Shown here piece after piece: positions 61,359-64,000 of a stretch of DNA of 64,000 nt. Below the pieces are notes generated by a model. The model was not told the DNA's origin and did no database searches. It saw only the letters and a list, made by a program, of their open reading frames with translations. Every line of letters starts with the position of its first letter. The stretch's first letter is position 1. The stretch lies in IMG/VR virus record IMGVR_UViG_3300023083_000001, positions 194,358 to 258,357 of that record. The stretch is one strand, 5' to 3'. The translations under genes and the position numbers were made by a program.

Positions 61359-62549
61359 TCACGCCGCCTTGAAAGTGGCCAAGCTTTTCTTGCCGTGCGT
61401 GTAAGCGCCTTTAGCTACATCAGTTGCCAAAGGCATCAACGTACGCACAGCGCTAGGTACTTTAGCCAACAGAGCACTGACAACCTTAGGACTGATTTTG
61501 TCCATGTTGTCTTGCTTCAGTTTACCCTGCAACCGAGTGATGGTGGTGACCGCTTCTTTAAGCGAGTCGCTTTGTTTCTCCATCTCAGCGCCCAGCATTA
61601 CGATTGCATCGGCCAAGCCCTGAACGCCGTTGTTGTCAAGAACCTTAACGCTTGGTACGCCCGCATCACCAGACAACGTTACTTTCAGCGTCAAACCGCC
61701 GATCGTACCGTCTTCAATTGCCACGGTTTTGTTACCGGGGAAATTTTGAGTCTTCTTGATATCAGACGTATTAACCGAAGCGGTCAACGTGCTACCGTCT
61801 TCTTGACCAACGCCAAGAGACTCTTGGAAAGCCTTACCTACCATGACCGATGTAGCGGCAGCCAGGTAGATACCTTTCCACTCATTGCAATACGCACGCA
61901 GAAGATCAGTTGTCTTGTCGACAGCGTTTTCGGGAGCCATGTCCGCGTCACCCACTTGCAGGTAACTGGTCCACGAAGCGCGGCCTTCAAATTCGGTCTG
62001 ATCAGGAGTACCCTTACTGGCCACAGCAGCGGCTTTCAAGGACGCGCCCATCTTCTTGACAGCGGCAGCGTGGTTCTTGAGATTGGTGACGAAGGTACTC
62101 ACGTTGGCGATGAAAGACTTGATCACAGCCACGAACGCATCCCACAGGCGCTTGAGCATGCCCTTGGATTTACCTTCAGTGTCTTTACGGTTCTCATCAC
62201 CCGTCTGGGTAACGCCGACAGCTTCAAAGCTTGCGCTGTAGACATTGGATTCCAGAGCAATGCCCATCGAACCCAGTACGGCGTGCATACCCAGTTGATA
62301 TTGACGAGCAACACGGCCGTTCCAGTCACCTTCAGGTACGGTGTCAAGGAACTGGGAGACGTAAGACTCCAAGGACTCAAGACCATTACCCATTTGCTCA
62401 ACGTTACGGCTGATAGCGCCAACGGTGTCACAAGACGATGCCAGTGCGTCAGTCGATTCTTCGATATCGCGTTCAGCAATGACCGGGTCCAACTCAGCCG
62501 CCATGGCGATTGCTGCTGCATTCTGTAGCGGGTCGTTATGCACTTGCAT
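61359..62549 (-). CDS. phiKZ-type internal head protein paralog
   Basis: ESLESYVS shared with the 50677 gene; KGMLKRLWDAF helix; ATG 62549 after AAGGA. Confidence 0.8.
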   Translation of the reverse strand: MQVHNDPLQNAAAIAMAAELDPVIAERDIEESTDALASSCDTVGAISRNVEQMGNGLESLESYVSQFLDTVPEGDWNGRVARQYQLGMHAVLGSMGIALESNVYSASFEAVGVTQTGDENRKDTEGKSKGMLKRLWDAFVAVIKSFIANVSTFVTNLKNHAAAVKKMGASLKAAAVASKGTPDQTEFEGRASWTSYLQVGDADMAPENAVDKTTDLLRAYCNEWKGIYLAAATSVMVGKAFQESLGVGQEDGSTLTASVNTSDIKKTQNFPGNKTVAIEDGTIGGLTLKVTLSGDAGVPSVKVLDNNGVQGLADAIVMLGAEMEKQSDSLKEAVTTITRLQGKLKQDNMDKISPKVVSALLAKVPSAVRTLMPLATDVAKGAYTHGKKSLATFKAA

Positions 62550-62554
62550 AATCG

Positions 62555-63826
62555 TTATCCTTCGGTTCCGTAGCGGTGAGTGCAGGCGTCGATATAACCG
62601 ACACACGCCTTAATGGTTTTGATGTAATAAGGGCTGGTGTTAGTCCAACCCCAGGACGAGAGAGAACAAGCTTTGCTCAGCGCCTTGAACGCATTACGCA
62701 GTTCAGTGACATTGACGGCTTCTTCATCCTTGACATTGACGCCCTTGCTAAGAGATGCTACTTGTGCAGTGAGCTTCTCTATTGCAGTGACTTCCGTGTT
62801 CAGCTTGTCCAGCACCGTCATTGCACTGATAGCGTCGTTGATCCCATCCTTCATTTCTTCAAGGGTAAGGATCTTGGCCAAGTGATCTTTAGCCGTCACG
62901 ATGGGGTCGATACTGACGGTTGCGCCGAGAAGCGGAAACTCCCCTGTGCCTTCTTTGAGTTCCAGACTGTGCGTCACCACAAAATCAATCTGAACCTTGG
63001 CGTTTGCTTTGTTGGACTGTGAGGCGTGCGACTTGATCGCATCAGATGCCTTAGTCAACGCAGCGGCGGAGACCGAAGACGTGGGCAGAGAGACCGAAGT
63101 AATCCCCTTCCACTGATTACGCCAAGCTGTTACGAAGTCTTCAAAACGCGCCACGGTGTTGACGATCTGAAACGACGGCGACACTAGACGTTCGTTCTTG
63201 TCAGTCAACCAGATCGCGGAAGTACCCAGGTTGATTGTCCCCGAAGGATCTTTGATCGAACCCTTAAGCGCATCAACCTTTACCTTGACCTTAGCTGCGT
63301 AATCTTTGACAGCCTTAGCGTTGGTATTGATCTTGGCAAAGAAGTTCTTCATGGCGTCTGCCAGAGCCTTGAGGGCTGTGTAGATCCACGAGAAGATGCG
63401 ACTCACCAGATTGTTCTTGCGATCGATCACTTCGGAACTGTATTGCTTCAACGTCATACCGGATTCAAACGAGGGTACGATCATCGACGACGGAATGTCA
63501 ATACCCCGTGCACGCAGAATACACTCTACAGAGATGCGAAGTAACTCACCACCCTGCTCATCCAAACCCTGCTCCCCGTAGGTAGTCAGAGTCTGATTTA
63601 CCAATCCTTCCAAACCGTCCGCGGTCTCTACGCCATCAGAGATCAAGGTAACCTGCGCATTAACAGACTCGGCAACATCGACCAAACTTTCGATGTTATT
63701 CGCAGCGTCTGTTTCCAAGAGTGCAATCTCTGCGCTCTCTAAGGCAACACGTTCCAACTCAATCGCATTGGTGTCGACACGCGGTAATGGCTTGCATTGA
63801 GACATACGTCTTAACATGTCGCTCAT
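62555..63826 (-). CDS. phiKZ-type internal head protein paralog
   Basis: 423 aa; ALE and SFE sites; NLVSRIFSWIYTAL helix. Confidence 0.8.
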   Translation of the reverse strand: MSDMLRRMSQCKPLPRVDTNAIELERVALESAEIALLETDAANNIESLVDVAESVNAQVTLISDGVETADGLEGLVNQTLTTYGEQGLDEQGGELLRISVECILRARGIDIPSSMIVPSFESGMTLKQYSSEVIDRKNNLVSRIFSWIYTALKALADAMKNFFAKINTNAKAVKDYAAKVKVKVDALKGSIKDPSGTINLGTSAIWLTDKNERLVSPSFQIVNTVARFEDFVTAWRNQWKGITSVSLPTSSVSAAALTKASDAIKSHASQSNKANAKVQIDFVVTHSLELKEGTGEFPLLGATVSIDPIVTAKDHLAKILTLEEMKDGINDAISAMTVLDKLNTEVTAIEKLTAQVASLSKGVNVKDEEAVNVTELRNAFKALSKACSLSSWGWTNTSPYYIKTIKACVGYIDACTHRYGTEG

Positions 63827-63844
63827 TACCGGATCCTTTGTCTA

Positions 63845-64000
63845 TTATTGCGTGGCAACCACGGTAGGGTCGAACTTGTCGGGCGATCCTTCAGCATTCT
63901 TATCCTTACGACCCACCGCCATGTCGATAACCCGCACACTGGCTTTGATACCAGTGAGGACCTGAGGAACGGTTTTCACCCAACCGGAGATCATGATCGA
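63845..64000 (-). CDS. 3' end of a further gene, likely another internal head paralog (partial)
   Basis: Reads ...SGWVKTVPQVLTGIKASVRVIDMAV...TQ*, similar to the C-terminus of the neighbouring paralog. Confidence 0.55.
   Translation of the reverse strand, partial: SIMISGWVKTVPQVLTGIKASVRVIDMAVGRKDKNAEGSPDKFDPTVVATQ

Noticed and set aside
1-64000. tRNA/rRNA genes, group I introns, inteins, integrase, reverse transcriptase
   Set aside because: I recognised no cloverleaf, splicing motif, HNH/LAGLIDADG/GIY-YIG, recombinase or RT motif by eye. tRNAscan-SE and Infernal would be needed to exclude them formally.

Overview
The window is a gene-dense segment of a phiKZ-like, nucleus-forming jumbo phage (Chimalliviridae). 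It holds the conserved core block: the two separately encoded halves of the family B DNA polymerase, chimallin (ChmA), non-virion RNA polymerase subunits (beta' N-part, gp68-like, beta C-part, beta' C-part), an SbcD/Mre11-like nuclease, ChmC-like and PicA/Imp1-like nucleus proteins, an SF2 helicase, a virion RNAP beta' middle subunit, baseplate/neck genes and at least 7 phiKZ-type internal head protein paralogs. Small accessory cassettes lie between these genes. Family assignments come from motifs and remembered gene order, not database searches. Main observations: (1) a probable programmed -1 frameshift (T TTT TTT at 38125-38131, plus a downstream hairpin) fusing a 604-aa gene to a tail-chaperone-T-like ORF; (2) a family of palindromic CATA-stem-TATG hairpins at gene junctions, which also sit at the ends of two blocks that appear inverted relative to the phiKZ/SPN3US order; (3) a possible array of diverged small paralogs at the left end; (4) an M48-like HExxH motif in a virion protein; (5) a structured leader upstream of chmA. 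I saw no tRNA, rRNA, CRISPR array, intron, intein or transposase.
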